A stretch of 64,000 nucleotides of DNA from positions 3,210-67,209 of the forward strand of contig WTHQ01000037.1 of NCBI GenBank assembly GCA_011523055.1, given 5' to 3'. Numbering within the stretch: position 1 is the stretch's first letter; every line of letters starts with the position of its first letter. This document shows positions 54,926 through 64,000 of the stretch, one piece after another. Below the pieces are notes generated by a model. It had not been told where the DNA came from, did not search any database, and saw only the letters and a list, made by a program, of their open reading frames with translations. The DNA is from Methanobacteriota archaeon. Its GTDB lineage: Archaea; Thermoplasmatota; Poseidoniia; Poseidoniales; Thalassarchaeaceae. The position numbers and the translations under genes were made by a program.

Positions 54926-56586
54926 AGGTCCATCAAATCTTCATCAGGCTCATCTTCGTCTGGGCCCCACTCTCGCATTCTTTTGACAACTCCAACCAAC
55001 TCTTGTGTTTTGTACCTTCTATTGTCGTATATGAAGCGAAGTAGAACTTGATCATCAACGAGGTCCTTGAGCTCCTCCGAGGACAGGGAGTCGAATTCCT
55101 CCCTAGTCATCGTGTTTTTGCTCCTTACCCTAGAAAGGAAGACCTGTCGAATTTTGTCTGGGTGTTGGTAGAACTCATACCTCTTTGCGTCACCAAAACC
55201 ATAGTAGATTATCCTGAAGACGTGTCGCCAATCCTCGGGATCCTCCTTTCTGATCAGTACCACCTCCAACATCATGAAGAGCGCCAGAAAGAGGATGAGC
55301 ATTGCCATCCAATCATTGGTGAAATACACTAGGAAGTAGTATGCTAGATTGTAGGTATCCGAAAGGGGATTGGTTTGTTGGTGTCGACTTTCATCAAAGA
55401 TGACTATTGCATTCTCGCTCGGATTCAATGAGTCATTACCAACCAACAGGGCATCGGCAATGATATCCAGTGCCCAAAACCTATTGTCATTCTCAGGAAC
55501 ATTAGATCCGTCGATCTTCGAGGATGAGTAAATGGCATTGATCAGGAGTGATCCATCTGATGCGATGTGCACTTGACCAGAGGATGGCTCAGCGCATAAT
55601 CTGGACGAGCATATTCTGGCATAGACGGCGAATGGCCCCTGCTCGTCTCCTTGGATCCCTGCCGCCTCGAATGCGGGCGTGAGGTCGCCATCGTCGTTTG
55701 AATCCAAGTAGGAGTCTAGTGTGGATGTAATGACAGGGTATCGATTTTCAGCGGGGGAAAACAAAGACTCCTTGTCGAAAGCAGATGGTTTGCTCGTGAG
55801 GAGGTCATAGCTTTCGGAGAAGTCATATGTTTTCTGCTCAGAGTCCCACCGATGTCCACACAAGCCAAATGAGTCATCAATTGGCGTGAAGCCTACGTTC
55901 TTTTGATCTGGGTCTGGGTCGATCAGATCGAGTATCAGATCACCGTCTCTATCTGCGAGGCATGGGTGGTAAATCGAGGTTGATCCTGAAGTTTGAGTTA
56001 GGTTGTAGGCATTGGTAACGTTCGTCCAGACATAGTTGTAATCCAGCTCCCTAGCCCACGCCTCCCCGTCATACAATTGATGATTGGAGAAGAGAATGTT
56101 GTATTCTTGGGCGAGGGCGGATGAGTATCCGAAGTCATCCATCAACAGCAGAGTACCTCCTGCTTGGACGTACTCAACGATTGCTTCAATCTCCGAGCCA
56201 GTGTATCCATCAGTGTCAGACAGTTCGACAATGGAGTCATCATCTGTAAATCGAGGCAATGAGATTGTATCACGTTCAACGCCAGATACCACAAATATTG
56301 TTTCCTCTGGGTTGTCGATCTCTGATAGGAGTAGCGGGCTCGATACCATTGCCGTGGTCTCAACCCCCATTGAGTTAATTTCCGATCTGAAATCGCCGAG
56401 GTCGTCCCAGTCGTCCCCATAGGCAGATTGTTGCGTTTTTCCATCGACTATGTATGTTGATGCAATGAAGGCAACCAAGAGGGTCAGAACAGACCAAAAA
56501 GAGAATTTGAGGAGTCTCTGTCGATTGGCTTGGTTGAAGATCTTTGATGTCCGTCTCGGCCCACTCATCATCGGTCCACCCCCCAC
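54922..56586 (-). CDS. Membrane protein with large extracytoplasmic domain flanked by N- and C-terminal TM helices plus an about 110 aa cytoplasmic tail (DUF4350-like architecture)
   Basis: N-terminal helix FSFWSVLTLLVAFIASTYIV. GTLLLMDDFG motif. C-terminal helix WMAMLILFLALFMMLEVVLI. This placement beside DUF58 is typical of DUF4350 proteins in Bat/MoxR-type operons. Confidence 0.55.
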   Translation of the reverse strand: MGGGPMMSGPRRTSKIFNQANRQRLLKFSFWSVLTLLVAFIASTYIVDGKTQQSAYGDDWDDLGDFRSEINSMGVETTAMVSSPLLLSEIDNPEETIFVVSGVERDTISLPRFTDDDSIVELSDTDGYTGSEIEAIVEYVQAGGTLLLMDDFGYSSALAQEYNILFSNHQLYDGEAWARELDYNYVWTNVTNAYNLTQTSGSTSIYHPCLADRDGDLILDLIDPDPDQKNVGFTPIDDSFGLCGHRWDSEQKTYDFSESYDLLTSKPSAFDKESLFSPAENRYPVITSTLDSYLDSNDDGDLTPAFEAAGIQGDEQGPFAVYARICSSRLCAEPSSGQVHIASDGSLLINAIYSSSKIDGSNVPENDNRFWALDIIADALLVGNDSLNPSENAIVIFDESRHQQTNPLSDTYNLAYYFLVYFTNDWMAMLILFLALFMMLEVVLIRKEDPEDWRHVFRIIYYGFGDAKRYEFYQHPDKIRQVFLSRVRSKNTMTREEFDSLSSEELKDLVDDQVLLRFIYDNRRYKTQELVGVVKRMREWGPDEDEPDEDLMDL

Positions 56587-56644
56587 GACAGGCGGAAGCT
56601 AAATCCGACTCTATAAGACGGTTATCCGACTTTGTTAGCCTGGT

Positions 56645-56893
56645 CTATCTCAAACGGATTACGTTTGAGAGTTCAAAAACCTCATTCTTTGGCACCTGCA
56701 AAAGTCCATCCACTGATGGCCAAGGAAGCAACGCGGGGTCGAGTTCCTCACTGATCATTACCAGTAGTGACTCCACCTCTCCCGTCCTTGTGTTGATCAG
56801 AAGGTCGGCAACGTGCCCTAGTGTGTCCCCTGCACTGTCCAGGATTGGCCGGTTTAGGATTTCGCGGCCAAAACCAGAAGCCATGATAATCAC
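56645..56893 (-). CDS. PRC-barrel domain protein (82 aa)
   Basis: [29 protein letters not shown] fits the PRC-barrel core. Overlaps the cdc48 stop by 4 nt. Confidence 0.6.
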   Translation of the reverse strand: MIIMASGFGREILNRPILDSAGDTLGHVADLLINTRTGEVESLLVMISEELDPALLPWPSVDGLLQVPKNEVFELSNVIRLR

Positions 56894-59112
56894 ACTGACT
56901 CGATTCCCTGAAGGGAGTTGTTGCTCCTCTTGACTGATTCAAGGCCGCTGACGAGAGTCTCTTCCATCTTGGAGTAGTACTCTAGCATGTCTTTATTCAC
57001 TGTGGGCCTCACTCTGTTCACTGCTTCTTCGAAATGGCTCTTTGACACTGTCTTCTTCCCTGCCCTCATTGCGATCAATGCTGCTTCTCTGCAGATTGCC
57101 TCGATGTCTGCTCCGGTGTAATTCTCGAGATCATCTGCGATGTCATCAAGCTTGAAGCGTCCCAGCGGCATTTCTGAGGAGTGGATTTTCAGGATCTCCA
57201 ACCTAGACTGTCTGTCGGGGGGCGGAACATGAAGAACTCTCTCAAATCTCCCGCTCCTAAGCAGGGCTGGGTCGATCATCTCAGGCCTGTTTGTCGCTGC
57301 GACGACGATGACACCCTCCATGGACTCGACTCCATCCATGCTGGATAGGATTTGGTTGACCACCCTGTTCATAACGTCCGACCCTTCTCCAGTCATCGAT
57401 CTCCGAACCCCGGCAATCGACTCAAACTCATCAAGGAAAATAATCGATGGGGCTGCTTGCTTGGCCTTTTTGAAGACCTCTCGTACAGCCCTCTCTGACT
57501 CCCCCACCCACTTCGAAATCATCTCGGGCCCTTTAATCGATATGAAGTTCGCTTTGGCTTCATTGGCGATCGCCTTTGCGATCAGTGTTTTCCCAGTGCC
57601 CGGGGCCCCGAACAACACGATTCCACGTGGGGGTTTTATTCCGAAGTGATCGAAAGTCTCGGGTTGGTTCAGGGGCCACTCAATGCTCTCTTTCAGGCGC
57701 TCCTTGATTTCATTCAAGCCACCTACGTCATCCCAAGAGGCTGTTGGAACTTCGACATATATCTCTCTTAGAGCGCTTGGCTCGATCTCCTTTATGGCCT
57801 CTCGAAAATCTGCCATCTTGACCTCCATCTTCTCCAACACCTCGGCTGGTATCTCGTCCTGATCCAGATCAATCTCGGGCAGATATCTTCTGAGTGCCTT
57901 CATCGCCGATTCCCTCACTAGCGCTGAGATGTCAGCGCCCACGAATCCATATGAGTTTTCCAAAAGCCATTCCATCTCGAAATCATCGCTTATCGGCATA
58001 CCTCGGGTGTGTATGTCGATGATCTCCGATCGACCGTTCTTGTCAGGGACTCCTATCTCGAGCTCCCTGTCGAATCGGCCGGGCCTTCTCAGCGCTGGAT
58101 CGATGGCGTCCCTTCTGTTGGTTGCGCCGATCACCACGACATTGTCCCTGCCCTGCATCCCATCCAACAAGGTAAGAAGTTGGGCTACGACCCGTCTTTC
58201 GACTTCTCCGCTAACGTCTTCTCTCTTTGGAGCGATGGAGTCCAGCTCATCGATGAAGATTATCGCTGGGGCGTTGGATGTGGCCTCATCGAAGATCTCG
58301 CGGAGTTGCTTCTCACTCTCTCCATAGTACTTGGAGATGATCTCGGGGCCGTTTATTGACGTGAAGTGTGCCTGGGTCTCAGCGGCAACAGCCTTGGCAA
58401 TCAGGGTCTTCCCGGTTCCAGGTGGTCCGTGGAGAAGAACCCCTCTGGGTGGATCGATGCCCAGTCTTCGGAAGAGGATAGGGTGCTTGAGAGGGAGTTC
58501 GATCATCTCACGAACTTTCTGGAGTTGATCACCGAGTCCACCAATATCCTCATAGGAAATTGATTGAATGATACTCTCGTCCTCTTCATCAACGGGGTCC
58601 TCTTTGATCACGATCTCTGTTGAGGGCAATACCTGTACGATTCCCTTTGGCTTCGTGCTGACTATCTGGAATGGCAGTGCCTCGGCAAATAGAGTCATCC
58701 CGGGTATGAAGATTCTATCTCCTGACACCACTGGCCTCTTGTTGAGGCCTCTCCTAGCAAAGCCCTCGATTCCGGGGCCGAATCTAACCTTCTGTTGTTT
58801 TGCCATGACCGGTGATAGGACTAATTTCTCGCACTCCGTCACCTCGACCTTCCTGATGCTAACTCTGTCTCCTAACGATACTGATGCATTTTTCCTGATG
58901 ATCCCGTCGATTCGGATTACCCCTAAATTAGCGTCCTCCGGCCTGCATCGCCAAACAATCGCGGCTGTTGACTTCTCCCCGTTTATCTCGATCACATCGC
59001 CTGGCTTGAGATTGAGTTCATTATCGAACGGCACCCTCGCCCTGCCATGTCCGACGTCACTCGGTATGGCTTTGGCTACACGTAGTGTGAGTTCTCCTTC
59101 CCCGTCTGTCAT
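56890..59112 (-). CDS. cdc48: Cdc48/VCP-like AAA+ ATPase (N domain plus D1 and D2 AAA modules)
   Basis: Two AAA cassettes, [15 protein letters not shown]...IIFIDELD and [15 protein letters not shown]...IIFLDEFE. Cdc48 N-domain LTLRVAKA...GDVIEI. The start is set at MTDGEGELT. The ORF-track start is 59160. Confidence 0.95.
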   Translation of the reverse strand: MTDGEGELTLRVAKAIPSDVGHGRARVPFDNELNLKPGDVIEINGEKSTAAIVWRCRPEDANLGVIRIDGIIRKNASVSLGDRVSIRKVEVTECEKLVLSPVMAKQQKVRFGPGIEGFARRGLNKRPVVSGDRIFIPGMTLFAEALPFQIVSTKPKGIVQVLPSTEIVIKEDPVDEEDESIIQSISYEDIGGLGDQLQKVREMIELPLKHPILFRRLGIDPPRGVLLHGPPGTGKTLIAKAVAAETQAHFTSINGPEIISKYYGESEKQLREIFDEATSNAPAIIFIDELDSIAPKREDVSGEVERRVVAQLLTLLDGMQGRDNVVVIGATNRRDAIDPALRRPGRFDRELEIGVPDKNGRSEIIDIHTRGMPISDDFEMEWLLENSYGFVGADISALVRESAMKALRRYLPEIDLDQDEIPAEVLEKMEVKMADFREAIKEIEPSALREIYVEVPTASWDDVGGLNEIKERLKESIEWPLNQPETFDHFGIKPPRGIVLFGAPGTGKTLIAKAIANEAKANFISIKGPEMISKWVGESERAVREVFKKAKQAAPSIIFLDEFESIAGVRRSMTGEGSDVMNRVVNQILSSMDGVESMEGVIVVAATNRPEMIDPALLRSGRFERVLHVPPPDRQSRLEILKIHSSEMPLGRFKLDDIADDLENYTGADIEAICREAALIAMRAGKKTVSKSHFEEAVNRVRPTVNKDMLEYYSKMEETLVSGLESVKRSNNSLQGIESV

Positions 59113-59227
59113 GGCCGTTCCTCGGAGTATCTGTTGGACTCCGCCTCCCTTAAACCCCAATACATTAAGTTCGGGAATCCAACGTTATTGTGTGTGAAAT
59201 CTAATCTTCGATCTTAGCAGCATTCAT

Positions 59228-60880
59228 TTGAGGGTTCAATCTGGGACAGGCATGACACATGTCCTGGCCGCAGACTTTGAGCAGATTCAGAACACCAATC
59301 CAAACGGCTCGCCCATGATCCGTGGATACAACATTATCAATGGTAAATTGGAGAGTGCTTCTGACGGGTCCACTTTCTCTTCTGTAAATCCTGCACTGCT
59401 TTCTGATACCCTCGGCGAGTTCCCTCTGTCCACGCGAGATGACGTTCACAGCGCGTTGAAGGCCGCGAGGTCTGCATTCCCATCATGGGCTGGGACGCCT
59501 GCTCCGACTAGGGGCCAGATAATCGGAAATATGGGCCGCTTGCTCATGGACAGGAAGGACGCACTCGTGAGGTTGGAGACAAGAGAAATCGGAAAGACAC
59601 TGAAAGAAAGTGCGGGCGAGATTCAAGAGGCCATTGACACATGCCTGTTTTTCCAGTCAGAAGGGAGGAGGCTCTATGGCCAAACTGTGAACAGCGAGCT
59701 TCCTGACAAGGAGCTCTTCACCTACAGGAGGCCGCTTGGCGTCTGTGGAATAATTAACTCATGCAATTTTCCATCTGCTGTACCTTTCTGGAAGATGATT
59801 CCAGCTATCATGTGCGGCAACACTTGTGTTTGGAAGTCTCCACAAGACTCCCCTTTGCTCTCCTTCGCACTTGCAAGGATAATGCATGAGGCTGGGCTGC
59901 CTGACGGCGTGGTAAATCTCATCCATGGCAAAGGAAGCGGCGCGGGCCAAGATCTCGTTAACGCTGTGGACGAAGGGCTGGTCAACAAGATTTCATTCAC
60001 AGGGTCAACGGAAGTCGGAAAGATGATTGGGGAGATTTGCGGTCGGAACCTAGTCTCTTGCTCCCTTGAACTCGGAGGCAAGAATCCATTGGTTGTAATG
60101 CCCTCTGCCAACCTCGAAAATGCAGTCGAGGGGGCCTACTGGGCAGGCTTTGGGACCGCCGGTCAAAGATGCACGAGCCTTGGAAACCTGATACTCCACG
60201 AGGGCATCTACGATGAGTTCATGGCCTTGTTCATGGAGAAGGTGAAGCAAACAAAAATAGGCGATTCTATGAAGAATCAGGACGTATTGTACGGCCCGAT
60301 GCTCTCCCCGAAATACGCTGAGGAGTTTCTTCAAAGCCTGGAGGTGTGTGATTCAAGTGGTGCCGAACTCATCTTCGGTAAGGGTCGAATCACCAAAGAG
60401 TCAGCGCCAGTCGGCTTCGTCGCTGATGCCAATGAGGGCGTCTACATGTGGCCTCACGTCTACACTGGCGTCACGGAGGACATGGATTGCTTCCATGATG
60501 AGATATTTGGTCCTGCTGTCACAGTTGTCAAAGCTAGGGATTTCGATCACGCCCTACACCTGGCAAATGCGTCCCCTTATGGGCTGTCAAGCGCGATATA
60601 CACTAATGACAGGTTGGAGGCCTACAGGTTCAAATCTGGCATAAAGGCAGGTATGACCGGCATAAACAACTCCACCACTGGAGCAGAGGCCCATCTGCCG
60701 TTCGGTGGTGTCAAGGGGTCAGGAAACGGCACACGCGAATCTGGGATCTGGGTAATTGAGTCCTACTCCTATTGGCACGCGGTCAACGATGAGCTTTCAG
60801 GGAAGCTTCAACTTGCCCAGATGGACGTAGATGAGGTCCACATCGAGGAAGCAGAAGTGAACTACGATTCCCTGGCTTGA
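59228..60880 (+). CDS. NAD(P)-dependent aldehyde dehydrogenase
   Basis: ALDH motifs ELGGKNP and EIFGPAV. Catalytic Cys in GQRCTS. The alternative start M30 (59315) gives 521 aa. Confidence 0.9.
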   Translation: MRVQSGTGMTHVLAADFEQIQNTNPNGSPMIRGYNIINGKLESASDGSTFSSVNPALLSDTLGEFPLSTRDDVHSALKAARSAFPSWAGTPAPTRGQIIGNMGRLLMDRKDALVRLETREIGKTLKESAGEIQEAIDTCLFFQSEGRRLYGQTVNSELPDKELFTYRRPLGVCGIINSCNFPSAVPFWKMIPAIMCGNTCVWKSPQDSPLLSFALARIMHEAGLPDGVVNLIHGKGSGAGQDLVNAVDEGLVNKISFTGSTEVGKMIGEICGRNLVSCSLELGGKNPLVVMPSANLENAVEGAYWAGFGTAGQRCTSLGNLILHEGIYDEFMALFMEKVKQTKIGDSMKNQDVLYGPMLSPKYAEEFLQSLEVCDSSGAELIFGKGRITKESAPVGFVADANEGVYMWPHVYTGVTEDMDCFHDEIFGPAVTVVKARDFDHALHLANASPYGLSSAIYTNDRLEAYRFKSGIKAGMTGINNSTTGAEAHLPFGGVKGSGNGTRESGIWVIESYSYWHAVNDELSGKLQLAQMDVDEVHIEEAEVNYDSLA

Positions 60881-60949
60881 GTGGTTCAAAGAACATTTCC
60901 AATTGGAATAAGTGAAAAGTTCTATTTTCCTCCAGCCACAAAGCCCCCC

Positions 60950-63900
60950 ATGGTAAAGAGACTTGTGACGGCAGTTTTTCTAGGAGCGTTGATGATACTA
61001 CTGTCTACTAATTCGTTGTTGGTGGACCAGGGAACACAAACAGAAGTAGAGATCCTCTCTGATGAAATCCGCTTGGAATCCATCTCCAGCAACTCTCCGG
61101 GCCAAGTTCTGGGCCACATTGACACCCATGACACACTCTCGATCGGAAGGCAGTTCGCCTGCGCCGTCACTGAGAACTCCAGCGTGGTGTGCTGGGGCAG
61201 GACAGATTACGGTCAAACCGGAATCGGGACCTCGGGATCCCAAGCGTACCACAACATGACCTATGTGGATGCGCTGAATGGGATGGGGATCGTGGAGGTC
61301 TCGGCACACCTCGACCACGCATGCGGACTTACCTCCCAGGGGGTAGTCTATTGCTGGGGAAGCAACCAAAATGGCCAGATCGGCAACGGGCAAGTCGGAG
61401 GGAACGTACTCGTCCCAACTCAGGCCCTGTTGCCACAGGGCGTCGTCGCAAAGTCACTCTCGCAGGGACCGAGTGCCCACACCTGCATAATCAGCACCGA
61501 TGGCGACCTGTATTGCTGGGGCAATAACAACAGGGGGCAAGTTGGCAATGGTCAGATCTGCTTTGATTGGAATGGGGCTGTATTGTACACAAACCCATGC
61601 TACAATGGCCAATCTGGGATATTGACCCCTGAATTGATCGCCATGCCATCTGGTGTCGCTGTGACTTCTGTCAGCGTTGGAGGCGAGCACACGTGTGCCA
61701 CAGGCACTGATGGTGGGGTGTATTGCTGGGGATCAGACATGAATTGCAGGGTCACTGGCGGAGACACCGTTTCTGCTGACCCGATAACCGAAGCTCCTGG
61801 ATGCGGTTATTGGTGGTTATCAGATACACCACGCAAGCTTGCAATGTCAAACCCAGAAGTAACAATCCAGGATGTAGGGAACTTATCCTTCGTTCAGGCG
61901 GTCAACGGTTGGGTTTTCTCCTGTGCGATGACCGACACTGGTTCCGGGATTTGCTGGGGGGCAAACACCGAGAGCCAACAAGGGATCGGCAACAACAGCA
62001 ACGAGCCCTTTGCCGTGGTGCCGACGATGATTCAAGGCCCCCCGGGGGAAAGCATGACGAGCATGTCCGCCACTACGGCCCAAGCATGCGCCCTGTATGA
62101 CCAAACCGGAGCCCATTGCTGGGGTGACAACTGGGCTGGCAACACGGGGGACTACAATGGCTCGAACGACGTGATATGCAACTACCAATATGGAGCAGGG
62201 GGCGGTGGCAACATAAATTGTCAAGACCGTTCTGCACCCCATCAGGTCCACACAGGTGGGAATTACATGGCAGTGGTCATGGGTGCTGCGAACGCATGTG
62301 GCTTAGACTCATCAAACGACATCCACTGCTGGGGGGCCTATGCTTGGAACAATGTGAACCAGTCCTATCACCAGATCTGGTGGGGCACTCGTGTCCCGGA
62401 ACTCATGCAGCTCCCCGGTACCGCGAAGATTGCATTAGACGACCTCGATTCAGATGGCGACGGGCTGAACTCCCCATTCGACCTCTGGCCCGAGGGTTGC
62501 CCGTCCGGATGGTACCAAGACGCTCCAAACTCGTGTGCCGAGGCTCCTGCGGGATACTATGCCGAGGAGGGGCTGCCGTGGAACCTCGTCATTTGCCCGA
62601 GCGGAACCTTCCAACCTGATGGTGGACAGCCATCTTGCATCGATTCATCCCCTGGCTACCACGTTCCTGATGAGGGTGCATACTCTCAGACCATATGTCC
62701 CGCTGGATCATACCAACCCAACTCTGGATCCTCGAACTGCATCCTCGCTGACCCCGGTCATATGGTTGAGACTCCTGGCAAGACCTTCCAATCCCCATGT
62801 ACAATGGGCAGATACTCCTCAACGCCAGGGGCAACCTCATGCATGAGGGCGAGTCCTGGCTTCTACGTCGATAGCGCATCCGCTACCGAGCAAACACCCT
62901 GTCCACCAGGAAGCTACAGCTCCATGGAGGGCTCGGTCTCATGCTCCTCGACTTCGCCAGGGCAATACACCTCAGCCAATGCATCGACACAGCCTGAGTT
63001 ATGCTCACAGGGGTCCTACCAGCCAGACGCGGCCAGTTCGAGCTGCATTCTTGCTCCTGCGGGACACTACGTCTCCTCAGTCGGAGCCACATCGTTCCAG
63101 CCATGCCTGTCAGGTGAATATCAGCCCCTCGAAGGTTCAACGGACTGCGAGGTAACGTTGCCGGGGTACTACACATCCGGTGCTGGATCCGTCGAGTCTG
63201 TTCCGTGCCAACCAGGCTCGTACCAAGCCAATAGCCGGGCTGACATGTGTGTTTTTGCTATCCCTGGGTCATATGTCAGCACTGAGGCCGCTGTAGAATA
63301 CACGATCTGCTCTGTCGGAACCTTCCAGCCTAATCAGGGCTCATCTGGGTGTATGGTCGTAGAAGCAGGCCACTATGCTATCGGGGAGGGTGCTCAGAAC
63401 CAGATTGCTTGTCCCGTTACGACCTACCAACCCATGACCGGTCAGACTAGTTGTATCGACGTTGAAGCAGGCCACTACACGAATCAGATGGGGTCCTCAG
63501 AGCAAGTCCCTTGTGAGCCAGGCACATACCAGCCGATGGTGAAAACGACCAGTTGTCGTGATTCTCCAGCGGGGCATTTCGTCCCAGGAAGCGGTGCTAC
63601 TGAATTCATGGCATGCGTTGTCGGGACCTACCAACCAATCTCCGCCTCATCATCTTGCATCGAGGCAGATGAGGGTCACTTCGTGGATTCCACGTCCCAG
63701 CTAAGCCAGAAGCCATGTGAGAAAGGTGCCTATCAACCCAGTCAAGGCTCATCTGAGTGTCTTTCTGCAGACGAAGGGCACTTCGTCGATGCGATTGCTG
63801 CTACCGAGCAGACACCCTGTCCACCAGGAACTTACCAAGCTCTACAGGGACAGTCCTCGTGCACATTCACATCCACGAACTTCTTCACATCCGAGTCGGG

Positions 63901-64000
63901 ATCTGTAGATCAGACCCCCTGTCCACCAGGACAACATCAACCGTTGACATCCCAAACGGAATGCGTCGAGAAGCCCGATGAGGGCGGCCTGTTGCCAGCA
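60950..64000 (+). CDS. Giant secreted protein, 3'-truncated by the window (more than 1017 aa): signal peptide, RCC1-like beta-propeller repeats, then at least 25 tandem Cys-rich ephrin-receptor-like (GCC2/GCC3-type) repeats
   Basis: ATG at 60950, in frame without a stop to position 64000. N-terminus MVKRLVTAVFLGALMILLSTNS. About 7 repeats of ..C[WY]G.N..GQ.G.G (VVCWGRTDYGQTGIG, VYCWGSNQNGQIGNG, LYCWGNNNRGQVGNG, ICWGANTESQQGIG, AHCWGDNWAGNTGD). From about residue 510 the unit C.PG.YQP..G...C....PG.Y......... recurs every about 20 residues (CPSGTFQPDGGQPSCIDSSPGYHV, CPPGSYSSMEGSVSC, CQPGSYQANSRADMC). The minus-strand ORFs the track lists here are artefacts. Confidence 0.85.
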   Translation, partial: MVKRLVTAVFLGALMILLSTNSLLVDQGTQTEVEILSDEIRLESISSNSPGQVLGHIDTHDTLSIGRQFACAVTENSSVVCWGRTDYGQTGIGTSGSQAYHNMTYVDALNGMGIVEVSAHLDHACGLTSQGVVYCWGSNQNGQIGNGQVGGNVLVPTQALLPQGVVAKSLSQGPSAHTCIISTDGDLYCWGNNNRGQVGNGQICFDWNGAVLYTNPCYNGQSGILTPELIAMPSGVAVTSVSVGGEHTCATGTDGGVYCWGSDMNCRVTGGDTVSADPITEAPGCGYWWLSDTPRKLAMSNPEVTIQDVGNLSFVQAVNGWVFSCAMTDTGSGICWGANTESQQGIGNNSNEPFAVVPTMIQGPPGESMTSMSATTAQACALYDQTGAHCWGDNWAGNTGDYNGSNDVICNYQYGAGGGGNINCQDRSAPHQVHTGGNYMAVVMGAANACGLDSSNDIHCWGAYAWNNVNQSYHQIWWGTRVPELMQLPGTAKIALDDLDSDGDGLNSPFDLWPEGCPSGWYQDAPNSCAEAPAGYYAEEGLPWNLVICPSGTFQPDGGQPSCIDSSPGYHVPDEGAYSQTICPAGSYQPNSGSSNCILADPGHMVETPGKTFQSPCTMGRYSSTPGATSCMRASPGFYVDSASATEQTPCPPGSYSSMEGSVSCSSTSPGQYTSANASTQPELCSQGSYQPDAASSSCILAPAGHYVSSVGATSFQPCLSGEYQPLEGSTDCEVTLPGYYTSGAGSVESVPCQPGSYQANSRADMCVFAIPGSYVSTEAAVEYTICSVGTFQPNQGSSGCMVVEAGHYAIGEGAQNQIACPVTTYQPMTGQTSCIDVEAGHYTNQMGSSEQVPCEPGTYQPMVKTTSCRDSPAGHFVPGSGATEFMACVVGTYQPISASSSCIEADEGHFVDSTSQLSQKPCEKGAYQPSQGSSECLSADEGHFVDAIAATEQTPCPPGTYQALQGQSSCTFTSTNFFTSESGSVDQTPCPPGQHQPLTSQTECVEKPDEGGLLPA

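Noticed and set aside
59201-59449. ORF 59201..59449 (-)
   Set aside because: It is antisense to the aldehyde dehydrogenase 5' region and has a Cys/Arg-rich, non-protein-like sequence.
60922-62251. Minus-strand ORFs 60922..61170, 60998..61393 and 61883..62251
   Set aside because: They are antisense to the long plus-strand RCC1/Cys-repeat frame, which is in frame from 60950 to the window end.
1-64000. Mobile elements, prophage or integrase, and rRNA genes
   Set aside because: No transposase or integrase motifs, terminal inverted repeats, or rRNA-like conserved stretches were found. Gene content is housekeeping or metabolic throughout.

Overview
This 64 kb window looks like a gene-dense archaeal chromosomal segment of about 50% GC. 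Archaeal hallmarks are the L7Ae-S28e-L24e ribosomal operon, S2, Taw1, deoxyhypusine synthase, NcsA, Cdc48 and geranylgeranyl reductase. Bacterial-type genes are mixed in: UvrB, an AlkB-like alkane monooxygenase, a beta-oxidation fusion enzyme, CcmF and a MacB/FtsX-type ABC system. This mixture, together with the giant secreted proteins, would fit a planktonic Marine Group II/III-like euryarchaeote, which is an inference. I call about 55 CDS, one tRNA-Ile(GAU) and several candidate promoters and terminators. No rRNA, CRISPR array, transposase or integrase was seen. The most unusual content is: (a) two giant cell-surface proteins built from eukaryote-like modules, one with an ELW-repeat propeller, an Ig-like domain and about 350 aa of Asp-rich calcium-binding repeats, the other with an RCC1 propeller and at least 25 Cys-rich ephrin-receptor-like repeats; (b) a tightly overlapping operon Cdc48 / PRC-barrel / DUF4350-like / DUF58 / polytopic membrane protein, where a double-ring Cdc48 sits where a MoxR ATPase normally partners DUF58; (c) an ABC operon with two different ATPases, one carrying a zinc ribbon, flanking a tandem-FtsX permease; (d) an AlkB-type membrane monooxygenase co-transcribed with guaB and msrA; (e) an HxlR regulator with a palindromic operator next to two multi-wHTH membrane regulators; (f) a SAP-domain membrane protein, tandem YbjQ paralogs, a sulfotransferase, and an L24e that has lost its zinc-ribbon cysteines.
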